Part shown: in pieces, positions 18,713 to 28,686 of the stretch | How positions within the stretch are numbered: the first letter of the stretch is position 1 | How the letters are laid out: every line of letters begins with the position of its first letter | Source of the DNA: an uncultured Candidatus Saccharibacteria bacterium | GTDB taxonomy: Bacteria; Patescibacteriota; WWE3; 2-01-FULL-39-13 | NCBI GenBank assembly: GCA_964370865.1 | Contig: CAYJKF010000003.1 | Span: 86,359 to 150,358 of the forward strand | Direction: 5' to 3' | Length of the DNA stretch: 64,000 bases | Program-made: the position numbers and the translations under genes | The notes under the pieces: generated by a model | The model's database searches: none | What the model saw: the letters and a program-made list of their open reading frames with translations, nothing else | What the model was told of the DNA's origin: nothing

Positions 18713-19051
18713 ATGGCTAAACTATATGTAGGCAATTTGCCTTATACTTACAATGAAAGTTCAATCCGAGATATGTTCTCAGGATTCCAAGAAATTCAAT
18801 CTGTCAGCTTGATAACCGATAAACAAACCGGTAGAAGCAAAGGATTCGGTTTCGTAGAATTAAGTGATGCAGATGCTGATAAAGCAATCGCAGAACTAAA
18901 TGGAAAAGATATCGGAGGAAGAACAGTAGTCGTATCTATCGCTAGACCTATGGAAGACCGTCCAAGAAGAGATTTCGGAGGCGGAGGAAATAGTAGAGGT
19001 GGTGGATTCGGTGGAGGAAACAGAAGTGGTGGATTTAATAGAAGAGGATAA
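18713..19051 (+). CDS. RRM RNA-binding protein with a Gly/Arg-rich tail (Rbp-like)
   Basis: RNP2 LYVGNL, RNP1 KGFGFVEL, RGG tail. Confidence 0.95.
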   Translation: MAKLYVGNLPYTYNESSIRDMFSGFQEIQSVSLITDKQTGRSKGFGFVELSDADADKAIAELNGKDIGGRTVVVSIARPMEDRPRRDFGGGGNSRGGGFGGGNRSGGFNRRG

Positions 19052-19076
19052 AGAATCGGTTGAATACTGTATAAAG

Positions 19077-19110
19077 GAAGAGGTCGCTTATAGCGACCTC
19101 TTCTTGTTTT
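19077..19110 (+). terminator. Terminator or REP-like palindrome after the RRM gene
   Basis: GAAGAGGTCGCT-TAT-AGCGACCTCTTC followed by TTGTTTT. Confidence 0.8.
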
Positions 19111-19140
19111 TATCAAGCAACATCGTTAGACAAGATGCTT

Positions 19141-21921
19141 TTAATTTGGGACGTGAACGGTACCACCACCATCGCTAAACCTTCTTTGTAAAGCTCGGTC
19201 ATTCAAAGTTGAGCAAACCGATAATTTACATATATCAGCTTCAACAGATGAAATCATCTGTTTAAGTCCGGAAGTAAACTTAGTTGTCACGGCATTGCCT
19301 CCGAGAGGATCAGTCCACCATACTTGAGCACCACCTGAATTTGATACACGATTTCGTCCAAAGTAAGTTGTTCTCTTTAAACCTTTAAATGGGGAGCTTG
19401 GCGAATCCCAAGCGGTATTTCCACCTCCACATTCTGCTAAACGTGGCGAATAAGTTCCTGGTATTCTTAATAATCCTTCACATTCCTCTGAGGTATATCT
19501 ATAATCTTTTTGCCAAGATCGAGTAGGATGTCGATATCCAATGTCTATTAATCTTACAGGGTCTAGTACATCCCATTGTCTACCATGCTCGGCTAGCATT
19601 TTTCCAGATGGCGTAGTAATTCTTAAATCACCCTGCCAAATTTCATACGGGTTGAAATATTTAGTAGCAGTTCCTAAACTTTCCAAACAAGCGACATCAG
19701 TCATGTTACGACCCAAAGTATCACTATATACACTATTTGGAAGTCTACTTAATAACGGGTCAGTGAGTGTACAGCTCGCTCCTGGAACTGGAACCATTTC
19801 ATAGCCATTATATGTAGCAATTAGTTTGCCATCTAAACCGCATATATCGTTAAACCGACTTTGTCCACAAAATCTTTTATAGATACCTGGATCTCCAAAA
19901 GTCATCATTCCAGTTAATAAAACGACATTTTTAGGATATAATTTGCTCGCATTTAATCCATTTACATCTACACTCATACAACTTGAGTGGAATATAACCT
20001 CGTGTAAATTATTTAAGATTGCATCACCAGAGTGAGTTCCTTGATGAAATTTATGTAAATGGGTACATACAACCCCAGTTGGACTATATACGGAGGAACC
20101 ATATGGAATATTCACTCCAACTGTTCCAGCTAATTGCGCCATCGGATGGGTTGTGTTTCCAACCAGATCGGATTCATTGTTAGCAATCTCGATTTTATGA
20201 CCCACATGGTCTTCATGTCGAACAAATACAGAATCCTGTTGATCCTGATTATAATACAAATCCATGTGTTCATTGGATATACCAAATGGTATTCCAGCTC
20301 TATCTCCGGGGGAAATTACTCCCGCTGCAGATATAACTAAAGGACTAATAACACCGTCCCCATTTTGATCTATACCAAAATGTCTTACGATATCATTCCA
20401 GTAAATATAACTTTGCGGATTTGAACCATGTTCATGACCAAAATAACATCTACCACTTCCTGTAATTGGGTTTGTAACGACTGGCGGATGCCAGGTAGGG
20501 TATTTTAGTCCATCATAAGCAACTACATAGTATTGATTATGAGCATCGACTACATTTGTACCATCGTCACATTTATCATATCGACTATTTGGTATATTTT
20601 TTCCATTTGGGCCCCAAGCCATCATTGCCATACTCTCACCTGCAACAGGCTCCATTCCTCCAATATGCGTTGGCATTGGAGTCGGTGTAGGAGTAATTAC
20701 TGGAGTTACCGTAACTACTGGAGTTGGAGTTATCATAGGTGTGGGAGTTGGAGTTGGGCTAGCAGTACCAGATTCTGTTACTAAAAAATCATCTACAACT
20801 GACTCTCCATCAAACCCAAAATTACGTATACCAAGATAAACGCCTGAAGATAATTCAGATGACGTGAAAGACTTTGTTACCTTAATTTGTTGCCAATTGC
20901 TGTCTACCTTGTTTACAGATAACGCCTGACCAAAATCAGAACTACCCAAATCCTTATATTTACTTAAACGTAGAGTAGGAACACCCCAGCTTGTACCAGC
21001 TTTTGAGACCTTAACGTAGGCTGAAAAGACATATGCCTGATTTTCTTTTAATTTCGAAGCGATATTTTGTGAAATATATGCTGATGTATTAGTCAATTTG
21101 GCAGCATTTGTTCCCGAATGAGCTGTTTGAACTACAGATGTTCCAGATACTTGCCATCCTGTTAAAGAATTTTCAAAACCTGGATTTGTTATTTCTTGTG
21201 TACCACTAGGAGTTGGTGTTGGAACGGGTGTCGGAGTAGATGTTGGAACCGGCGTTGGTGTCATAGTCGGTTCTGCCACATTGGAGGAAAACTCAACTAA
21301 TAATTTTGTTTTATCTCCTGTACCTATAAATTTTCTAGCGTAAGGGTTGCCAGTTCCTTTAAGGATAACCATGATGCTTTTTCCAGGTTCCCATGCCTCA
21401 TTATTTACAATTTGTTGGATAGCATTTTCTAATCCACCAACTTTGTACCTCTTTCCAGAAATCCATTTTTCATTTTTTGAATAGGCTAGACTTGAAGAAT
21501 ATGCACTATTATATGAACTTTCAACTCCACTATCAGAATTTTCAACGATCTTTGCTCTAGCTACAAAACTTGTTTCAATCCACTGGTTAGTAGGGGAGGT
21601 AAATTCAATTGAAGCGCCTTTAACTGAAGAACCTTTTACTACTTGAACATTATTAAACATTAAAACGGTATATGAATTATCCTTGCTTTCACCATTTCCA
21701 ATCCATGGGTTAGAGGTTGTCATATTACCAGCATCTTGATTAGATACTGCAACTGAGTTAGCTGATATTTTCTCAACACTTTGTGCAAATATTCTTGAAA
21801 AAAATGGGTTACCGGATGTTTTGAAATCGTATGCAAGAAATGCGATAGCGAGGAGCCCCCAAACAATCATTACGCCTGTCATTAATTTATCGACTTTAGG
21901 TTGTTGAGTTTTCTTTTGCAT
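19141..21921 (-). CDS. Secreted modular protein: beta-sandwich domain + PT linker + CBM-like module (duplicate) + PT linker + His/Cys-rich domain of unknown function
   Basis: N-terminal TM/signal. N domain resembles the C domain of 12017..13699. Motifs YPTWHPP, CYFGHEHG, HEDHVGHK and HQGTH..NLHE. Confidence 0.8.
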   Translation of the reverse strand: MQKKTQQPKVDKLMTGVMIVWGLLAIAFLAYDFKTSGNPFFSRIFAQSVEKISANSVAVSNQDAGNMTTSNPWIGNGESKDNSYTVLMFNNVQVVKGSSVKGASIEFTSPTNQWIETSFVARAKIVENSDSGVESSYNSAYSSSLAYSKNEKWISGKRYKVGGLENAIQQIVNNEAWEPGKSIMVILKGTGNPYARKFIGTGDKTKLLVEFSSNVAEPTMTPTPVPTSTPTPVPTPTPSGTQEITNPGFENSLTGWQVSGTSVVQTAHSGTNAAKLTNTSAYISQNIASKLKENQAYVFSAYVKVSKAGTSWGVPTLRLSKYKDLGSSDFGQALSVNKVDSNWQQIKVTKSFTSSELSSGVYLGIRNFGFDGESVVDDFLVTESGTASPTPTPTPMITPTPVVTVTPVITPTPTPMPTHIGGMEPVAGESMAMMAWGPNGKNIPNSRYDKCDDGTNVVDAHNQYYVVAYDGLKYPTWHPPVVTNPITGSGRCYFGHEHGSNPQSYIYWNDIVRHFGIDQNGDGVISPLVISAAGVISPGDRAGIPFGISNEHMDLYYNQDQQDSVFVRHEDHVGHKIEIANNESDLVGNTTHPMAQLAGTVGVNIPYGSSVYSPTGVVCTHLHKFHQGTHSGDAILNNLHEVIFHSSCMSVDVNGLNASKLYPKNVVLLTGMMTFGDPGIYKRFCGQSRFNDICGLDGKLIATYNGYEMVPVPGASCTLTDPLLSRLPNSVYSDTLGRNMTDVACLESLGTATKYFNPYEIWQGDLRITTPSGKMLAEHGRQWDVLDPVRLIDIGYRHPTRSWQKDYRYTSEECEGLLRIPGTYSPRLAECGGGNTAWDSPSSPFKGLKRTTYFGRNRVSNSGGAQVWWTDPLGGNAVTTKFTSGLKQMISSVEADICKLSVCSTLNDRALQRRFSDGGGTVHVPN
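20771..21202 (-). repeat. Copy 2 of the 432-bp inverted repeat (CBM-like module)
   Basis: Reverse complement of 12676..13107. Identical over 20876..21114. Confidence 0.95.
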
Positions 21922-21975
21922 ATATAGATAAGACTCTATATTAGAGTGTTACAAAAAGTCAACAATAGAAATTTT

Positions 21976-22009
21976 CAGAGAGGGTTTGCAAAATTGCAAA
22001 TCCTCTCTG
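21976..22009 (-). terminator. Stem-loop 3' of the 22028..22558 gene
   Basis: CAGAGAGG-TTTGCAA / TTGCAAA-CCTCTCTG inverted repeat. Confidence 0.65.
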
Positions 22010-22027
22010 GAATCGGTGCTTTGATAC

Positions 22028-22558
22028 TTATTTATCACTAAAGGCTGAAAAGTCATTTTGTAACATCTTGACTGTATTGTCTAAATCTACAAGTGCTTCT
22101 TCAGATTTATCTTCTATATTCTCTATAAGTCTGTCGATATTTGATAATACAGAATCAGATACTTGCTTCAAATCTCCAGTAGCATCATTGTATTGAGCTC
22201 TAAAATTGTCTCTAGAATTTCTTAAATCCTCAAGTGACTCATCTGTTAAAGAATTCTCTGCAATATCTACTCTTAAAGCAATCAATCTTGCTTCAAGCTC
22301 CATTCTAGCGGCTGCTTGCGCTGAGGACTCCTTAATTTCTTGAGTTACCTTATTGAGATCTTCTCCAATATCCATAGTTGTTTCTTTTGTTTCATCAACT
22401 ACGGTTCTGCTCGTATTTGCAATATCTTCATTTAAGTTTGATCCTGTTCTGTTATATGCCATTACTGCGATAGGCAAAGCAATAACAGATAGTACCAAAG
22501 AAATCCATGAGATTAGTGCAACACCTTTCAATCTGTTTTCTAATTGAGTTAAATCCAT
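22028..22558 (-). CDS. Membrane-anchored helical hypothetical protein
   Basis: One TM helix and an acidic helical C terminus. SD GGAGGTGA supports the ATG start at 22558. Confidence 0.75.
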   Translation of the reverse strand: MDLTQLENRLKGVALISWISLVLSVIALPIAVMAYNRTGSNLNEDIANTSRTVVDETKETTMDIGEDLNKVTQEIKESSAQAAARMELEARLIALRVDIAENSLTDESLEDLRNSRDNFRAQYNDATGDLKQVSDSVLSNIDRLIENIEDKSEEALVDLDNTVKMLQNDFSAFSDK

Positions 22559-22590
22559 AATTTTCACCTCCTATATGTAAAATTAAATAA

Positions 22591-22623
22591 AATAGATGGC
22601 GATGCGTAGCATCGCCATCTATT
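22591..22623 (-). terminator. Perfect 15-bp stem-loop after the GlsB/YeaQ/YmgE gene
   Basis: AATAGATGGCGATGC-GTA-GCATCGCCATCTATT. Confidence 0.75.
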
Positions 22624-22628
22624 AGTTG

Positions 22629-22880
22629 TTAAGCTTTTACAGCCTTATATAGTACAACCAATATAACCGAACCTAATATGGCTACTAGTACACTGTATAA
22701 GTTAAAACCTGACACACCATCATATCCGAGGAATCTCATTATAAATCCTCCGACAAGTGCTCCTGCAATACCTAATAAAATATTTGTAAGCGGTCCCTGT
22801 TGAGCATCTGTGTTCATCATAATTGATGTTAACCAGCCAACAAGGGCTCCAAATAATATCCAAATTAATAAACCTACCAT
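22629..22880 (-). CDS. GlsB/YeaQ/YmgE family (transglycosylase-associated) stress membrane protein
   Basis: WILFGALVGWL..NILLGIAGALVGG..AILGSVIL pattern. SD GGAGGTGA. Confidence 0.88.
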   Translation of the reverse strand: MVGLLIWILFGALVGWLTSIMMNTDAQQGPLTNILLGIAGALVGGFIMRFLGYDGVSGFNLYSVLVAILGSVILVVLYKAVKA

Positions 22881-23027
22881 AGTAAAATTCACCTCCTCAT
22901 TTAAATAATTTACTTATAGAGGAACTATAACGATGCCAAATGTGATTTTTATGAAGGAATTGTAAGAATTAATTAAGTGACAAGGGTATAATAATAAGGT
23001 ATTAAATGATTTGTTATAACAGGCACA

Positions 23028-23702
23028 ATGAAAAACACCATACTAATTATCGAAGACGATAAAGAACTAGCCAAGTACATCCAAACAATATTAATAGAAA
23101 GTGGCCGAAAATCAGCAATAAGTCATACAGGAATGGATGCACTTAAAAAACTTAAGGATGGTTTTGAACCAGACCTTATACTACTGGATTTAGTTCTTCC
23201 AGATATACAAGGTGAAGATCTTGCTCTACAAATAATAAATCTACTACCGTCTACTCAAGTAGTTATGCTTACTTCAAAAGCAGGACCTGAGAATATTGTC
23301 AAAGGGTTCCAACTAGGTGCAACGGATTACATTGTTAAACCATTTAACCGTGAAGAGCTTTTAGCCAGACTAGATGCTAGGCTAAATGACAATTCCAGCA
23401 ATATAATAGTCACTATTCCGTCGTTATCAATTGATAAAGCGAAAGTAGAGGTAAAAGTTAATAACAAAATAATTGACCTGACAAAATTAGAATACAATTT
23501 ATTATTACACCTCTCCAACAATCCAGATAAAGTTTTATCAAGGGAATCTATTCTAAATAAAGTCTGGGATTTTCCACTGGATGTAGAGTCTAGAGTTGTT
23601 GATGTTTACATAGGGTACTTACGAAAAAAATTAAAAAAGGCTGGAGCAAAAGTTACTATCAAATCGGTCAGGGGCTTTGGTTATAAGATCACGAAGATTT
23701 AA
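23028..23702 (+). CDS. OmpR-family response regulator
   Basis: IEDD, LLDLVLP, GATDYIVKPF and winged-helix VDVYIGYLRKK..VRGFGY. Confidence 0.95.
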   Translation: MKNTILIIEDDKELAKYIQTILIESGRKSAISHTGMDALKKLKDGFEPDLILLDLVLPDIQGEDLALQIINLLPSTQVVMLTSKAGPENIVKGFQLGATDYIVKPFNREELLARLDARLNDNSSNIIVTIPSLSIDKAKVEVKVNNKIIDLTKLEYNLLLHLSNNPDKVLSRESILNKVWDFPLDVESRVVDVYIGYLRKKLKKAGAKVTIKSVRGFGYKITKI

Positions 23703-24237
23703 ACTGAAAAGTCAGCTTTGATTTATCTTTAGTTTCCAGTAGATTTCCACCACTCTGCCTGAATGCGTTAACAATATTATTCCATCTTAATTTTTGTTCC
23801 TCTTTAGTATCCTTATCCTTTATTGAAGCGACATCCGGCAAATCAATAATCTTCATATTTATAAAATTCTTATCTCTCGTAAAATCAATATTACTTGGAA
23901 TACCCTTAAATAGTGATGCAAATACTTTTAGTTCTTGAAAACCTAAGATAAAAATAGTCAAATCAATTAAAATCGTCTGATTATCGTTAACATCAGATTT
24001 CACTTTGTCGGATTCAGCTAGAGTATTAATTTTCTCAATAACCTCTGTCACTTTAATTGGGGTTAATTCGGTTTCCTTATTAACCAGGTAGTAGAAATTA
24101 CACAGATTATAAAACCTACGTTGTAACAAACTAAGATTTGTATCTAGTTCCTCGCGTATAGCTAATCTTTTAAGTTTAAATAGAAGTAGCTTACACTTTG
24201 TTAGTACGCTATTGAAACCGTGTGTTAATTCAAGCAT
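23689..24237 (-). CDS. Hypothetical protein, possibly a degenerate histidine-kinase-like fold
   Basis: 182-aa ORF with an ATG start. C-terminal SGGNL..LTFQF weakly recalls the end of a HATPase domain. Confidence 0.5.
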   Translation of the reverse strand: MLELTHGFNSVLTKCKLLLFKLKRLAIREELDTNLSLLQRRFYNLCNFYYLVNKETELTPIKVTEVIEKINTLAESDKVKSDVNDNQTILIDLTIFILGFQELKVFASLFKGIPSNIDFTRDKNFINMKIIDLPDVASIKDKDTKEEQKLRWNNIVNAFRQSGGNLLETKDKSKLTFQFKSS

Positions 24238-24263
24238 ATTACTTTATAATAGTAGGATTAAAC

Positions 24264-26336
24264 ATGAATGTTAAATTTATAACAATTATAGTATTTATTC
24301 TAGGACTTGGCGCATCCTATTTCCTATTTAACCAGAAATTACATATTGGCGATGAACTATTCATTGAAGAGGCCAATAATATTGACAAGGAAATACTTGA
24401 AAGTTTTGGCAACATATATGCAGTATTAGACATTGGAGCGGAATACCTATCTACAAACAATACTGTAGACCAAGCATCTTTTACGAAATTTATAAACGAT
24501 TCGAAAATTTTGGATAATAATCCTGAAATCACAGCATTCGGATATTCAAAATACATTAGTAAAGAAGACTTACCAAACAAACAGGATATTTTGAGTAAAT
24601 ACACAAATACTGATTTTGTTGTCTTTCCGCATACATCAGGTGATGAGGAAATTAGTCCAATACTATTTATTGAACCTAATAATGATATAAATTCTCAATC
24701 GGTTGGCTATAACCTATTTAGCGAGAAAACCAGAATGGAAGCGATGGAATTAGCCAATATGTACAGAGATGCTGTTGTCTCCCATAAACTTTTACTTATC
24801 CAAGATGTAGGAATTAGTGAGCCAACAGGAATAAATGTATATGAACCAGTTTACAAAGATGATCGAAAACTTGATGGTTATTTCTTCGCCCGAATTGAAA
24901 TGCGGGATTTTATAGATAAAACCGTATCAAACAAATATTCAGATATTGAGATGCAAATATTTGAAAGCCCTGACTCAAATATCGATAGTTTACTTTACTC
25001 CTCGGTACCAATCGACACATACAGCAAAGACTTGGTAATCCAATGGCCCACAGCAAAAATTCGTAGCGAAATAATACTTAGAGGAAATATAATTTGGTAT
25101 ATCGACTACAGCACTACAAAATATAATCCAATAAATTGGAATCGTGAGTCTATAATCGCCTACGCATCAACAATAATTATTTCCTTAATGATTTTCCTTA
25201 GTGGTACTGCAATCCAAAGAAAGAATAGAAGATTGCGCAAACTAGAGCAATTACTATTAATTTCAAACGATGATTTTGAAAATTTCAAAAGCAGAAAATC
25301 CGAACTACTTAATGCAGTGAAAGCCGGAATAATAGCAGTAGATGGAGACGGTAATATAATAGAGACAAACGACTCTCTTTATGAACTCCACCTATTTGAG
25401 GAAACCACAAACGAAGCTAAATTTAGCGGGACAAAATTTGTTGAGATACTTTACCAACTTGAAGTACTAAAGAATAATCCTCAATTACCTAGGTTGGTTG
25501 AAGCAATTAATGAGGTAGTTTACTCAAGAGTTTCAACCGAAACATTTGAACTGTCACTTATAACGGAGCAAAGCCAAAGTTGGTATCAAATTACAATTAC
25601 TGCTTTTCCAATTGAGAAGGGCGGGGCAGTTATAACGATTTCTGATATAAGCGAACTAAAAAATCTTCAAAAACAACGAGAAGACTTTATCGGAGTTGCT
25701 TCTCATGAACTTAAAACACCTTTAACTACGATAAAAGCGTATAGCCAAATTTTAAGTAAAAAGTTAAAACATGATGAAAATTTGAGTAAATATACCGATA
25801 GAATTAATACCCAAGTTGATCGGCTTACATTTTTAATTTCACAATTACTAGATGTTAGTCGATTAGTAAATGGAAAACTAACGCTTAATAAATCAACCTT
25901 TAATATTACAGAACTAGTCAGAAATATTTCTAGTGACTATAAATTACTCCACGAAAACGAAATTAACATTCATGCAGATCAAGATATATTTGTTGAGGGA
26001 GATAGAATAAGAATTTCGCAAGTAATCGTAAACTTGCTTAATAACGCTATGAAATACTCTGGGGAAAACAAAATCGACATGTACGTTCTACAAAATGATA
26101 AGTATGTAACAGTTAAAATAAAAGATTATGGGCCAGGGATAAGTGCTGAACATGGAGATAAAATTTTTGAGCGATTCTATCAACCAAAAGGAGCAAATAA
26201 TAATGACTCAGGATTAGGTGTAGGCTTATATATATCCAAGCAAATAATTGATTTACACGATGGAGAAATTGGATTTGAACCACGTGAGGATAGAGGCGCA
26301 ACGTTTTATTTTAGTTTGCCTTTAACTAATGAATAA
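24264..26336 (+). CDS. CHASE-domain sensor histidine kinase with a PAS-like region
   Basis: Two TM helices flanking a CHASE region (GYNLFSEKTR, LIQD). H-box ASHELKTPL, N-box NLLNNAMKY, DYGPG and GLGVGL. Confidence 0.92.
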   Translation: MNVKFITIIVFILGLGASYFLFNQKLHIGDELFIEEANNIDKEILESFGNIYAVLDIGAEYLSTNNTVDQASFTKFINDSKILDNNPEITAFGYSKYISKEDLPNKQDILSKYTNTDFVVFPHTSGDEEISPILFIEPNNDINSQSVGYNLFSEKTRMEAMELANMYRDAVVSHKLLLIQDVGISEPTGINVYEPVYKDDRKLDGYFFARIEMRDFIDKTVSNKYSDIEMQIFESPDSNIDSLLYSSVPIDTYSKDLVIQWPTAKIRSEIILRGNIIWYIDYSTTKYNPINWNRESIIAYASTIIISLMIFLSGTAIQRKNRRLRKLEQLLLISNDDFENFKSRKSELLNAVKAGIIAVDGDGNIIETNDSLYELHLFEETTNEAKFSGTKFVEILYQLEVLKNNPQLPRLVEAINEVVYSRVSTETFELSLITEQSQSWYQITITAFPIEKGGAVITISDISELKNLQKQREDFIGVASHELKTPLTTIKAYSQILSKKLKHDENLSKYTDRINTQVDRLTFLISQLLDVSRLVNGKLTLNKSTFNITELVRNISSDYKLLHENEINIHADQDIFVEGDRIRISQVIVNLLNNAMKYSGENKIDMYVLQNDKYVTVKIKDYGPGISAEHGDKIFERFYQPKGANNNDSGLGVGLYISKQIIDLHDGEIGFEPREDRGATFYFSLPLTNE

Positions 26337-26688
26337 GAAGATTTTGATTTTAGAGGATGATAAAGATATTTCATTCCTATTGACTGATTTACTCGCAACT
26401 GAGGGTTATGAAGTTAAAGCATCGAGTTCAGATAAATTTTTAGAATGGAAGGACTTTAGTCCTGATGTGATTCTTCTAGATTATTGGCTTAATGGTGTTG
26501 ATGGAAAAATATTATATGAAAAGATACGAAAGCATCCTAACTTTAAAAATGCGACAACAATTTTATTATCTGCCGTAAACAACATACTAGAAATAGCTTC
26601 AGAGCTAGATATCGATTATATTAAAAAACCTTTTGATATCGATGAACTACTGGAGAAAATCTCATCGATCTTGACTACTCGTAGCTAA
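26329..26688 (+). CDS. Single-domain response regulator (receiver)
   Basis: ILEDD, LLDYWL, SA and KKPF motifs. Overlaps the kinase stop codon. Confidence 0.92.
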   Translation: MNKKILILEDDKDISFLLTDLLATEGYEVKASSSDKFLEWKDFSPDVILLDYWLNGVDGKILYEKIRKHPNFKNATTILLSAVNNILEIASELDIDYIKKPFDIDELLEKISSILTTRS

Positions 26689-26731
26689 ACAAATTATGGT
26701 AGTAAGCGGTATTCTAAAGTTTTTTATTAAC

Positions 26732-28624
26732 TTAATCTTTAACTACAATATCAAAGCTTTGTCTTCCGATTACGAAACCTTGAAGATTTCTGGCTGTAAT
26801 CACAATATTATATTCATTATTGGTTGACCAATCCCATTCATCAAAATCGACCTTGGATTGCTTATATCTAGATGTGGCATCGTTAAGCATTTCAACTTCA
26901 CCATGATTCTCTACATTATATGTAGCGGTGTAAGTGTCTAAATCCATCCCTTTAATCATTATCTTAATTTTCTTTTCACCATTCATGATCTCGGTTTCTT
27001 CGGGGTCAACCAATATTATTTCTACTTCATCTGTAGTGGGAGTTAGCTCCACTCTTGGCGTAGGAGTTGGTGATGGACTAGGAATGATTGTTGGCTCCAA
27101 TTCCGGAACTTTAGGCAAAATAATTTCAGGCGATTCCACTACTATCTCCCCATCCACTCCATCAATATTAAGTCGATTATTCAGCGAAACTATTACAAAA
27201 TAATTACTTTTTGCACCTTTTGCGGGGCTAGTTAGATTTCCTCCCAGGACAACTTCTCCCTTTTCATATCTCCTTTGATAAATATAGAAGGTGGTATCAT
27301 CTGTTGCAATTTCATATTCCGTTTTAGTAAATTCATTTAGCCAAATTGGCAAGGAAGTTGCTCTCGAATCATAAGCTACATATACAAATGACTCCATAAT
27401 TAAATTAAAAGAAAGAAAATTATCCGCTGTCTGATATTTATCAAAATTCACTGTTTGAATTAATTCTTGTCCATTCAATTCCTCTGGAAGGCTAAGAATT
27501 TTATATGTACGATCCCTATAAAACATACTTCCAACCGAAGCTTCTATAAGGGTATAACGGTTCATTGTAGATATTAGACTATCTATAGTGATTGGAGTAA
27601 AAGCATTATTTTTAAAGTAACCTTCAATGAATTCCTGAGAAATTTTAAATTGTGGAGTGTAATTTGTATCTGTGGCTACATTTATTGAGGTGACAGGCTC
27701 CCACTCCCAAAAATTGACCCCGTGAATATATTCTTTATCTTTCCAAAATTCAAAAAAAGCATGATATAAATCTTTTTGTTCTTGCTGATCTACAGCGCCA
27801 GTGACGGTGAAATCCCAAGGTGTTTTTGCAGTTCCATCAAGACTTCTATATCCAATTTCTGTAAAAATTATTGGCTTTGTAATCGAGCTTGTAGCAGGAA
27901 GTAAATATTCATTCTCCCATTTTTGCCATTCAGCGAGCAATTCTTCAGGTGTTGGATCATTATCACTTGCCATAGGTCGATAGAAAGAAATTCCTGCATA
28001 ATCTAAGCTGTCCCAAAAAGGTAGCCTTCTTAACTCATCGAAATTCCAATACTTATCTGCATTTGCACTATAAGTTAAAGATCCAGAATAAATTCCTCGT
28101 ACATCAGTTATTAATTTCTCCCATTCATCAGTGTTATCCGGATTTATTGTAAGTCTTACTAACTCGGCTCCAACACTTAGTTGCTCAGTATTCGTTGCAT
28201 TAGCTATTCTTGCATAAGTCATTATCATTTCATTGTAGTTTTCGAAAAAAGTGGCTTTATCCTCTGGGTCTAAATTTGCCCTCCAGATTCCATTTGATAT
28301 ATCTAAATGAGGTTTTAACATTACCTTCAATCCCAAGTTGTGGGCTTTGTTAATTGTATAAATAACATGTTCATCGGTTGGCGTACCCCATTTTCTGTCA
28401 ACATTAGAACTCGTAGAGTTTGTTGTGAGCCATCCTGGTGATATTGATACGTAGGTTGCACCAATATTCTTTAGTTGTTGAAGTGATTGGTCTATATTTT
28501 CAGTTGATTGGTGATTTAGCCTTAAATTGAATCCTTTTTGCCAATCTTCGATGGCCGCATTTGAAGTGCTAGGAAATAGCAGAAATATAGCAAGTAGGAA
28601 AGTAAAAAGACTTATTTTAGGCAT
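26732..28624 (-). CDS. Secreted GH113-like (beta-mannanase-type) glycoside hydrolase with accessory beta domains
   Basis: Signal peptide; KVMLKPHLD, VGAEL, LTYSAN and IIFTEIGYRS motifs; Pro/Thr linker before the C-terminal domain. Confidence 0.8.
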   Translation of the reverse strand: MPKISLFTFLLAIFLLFPSTSNAAIEDWQKGFNLRLNHQSTENIDQSLQQLKNIGATYVSISPGWLTTNSTSSNVDRKWGTPTDEHVIYTINKAHNLGLKVMLKPHLDISNGIWRANLDPEDKATFFENYNEMIMTYARIANATNTEQLSVGAELVRLTINPDNTDEWEKLITDVRGIYSGSLTYSANADKYWNFDELRRLPFWDSLDYAGISFYRPMASDNDPTPEELLAEWQKWENEYLLPATSSITKPIIFTEIGYRSLDGTAKTPWDFTVTGAVDQQEQKDLYHAFFEFWKDKEYIHGVNFWEWEPVTSINVATDTNYTPQFKISQEFIEGYFKNNAFTPITIDSLISTMNRYTLIEASVGSMFYRDRTYKILSLPEELNGQELIQTVNFDKYQTADNFLSFNLIMESFVYVAYDSRATSLPIWLNEFTKTEYEIATDDTTFYIYQRRYEKGEVVLGGNLTSPAKGAKSNYFVIVSLNNRLNIDGVDGEIVVESPEIILPKVPELEPTIIPSPSPTPTPRVELTPTTDEVEIILVDPEETEIMNGEKKIKIMIKGMDLDTYTATYNVENHGEVEMLNDATSRYKQSKVDFDEWDWSTNNEYNIVITARNLQGFVIGRQSFDIVVKD

Positions 28625-28686
28625 TACCTCTTTATAGCAAATACCCGACAGAATAACAATTTATATCTTAGATTTGTGAATAACAA

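Noticed and set aside
12676-21202. Repeat pair as a diversity-generating retroelement TR/VR
   Set aside because: Mismatches are not adenine-specific in one copy (g/t, a/t, t/a, g/a, a/g), the core is identical, both copies are coding, and there is no reverse transcriptase in the window.
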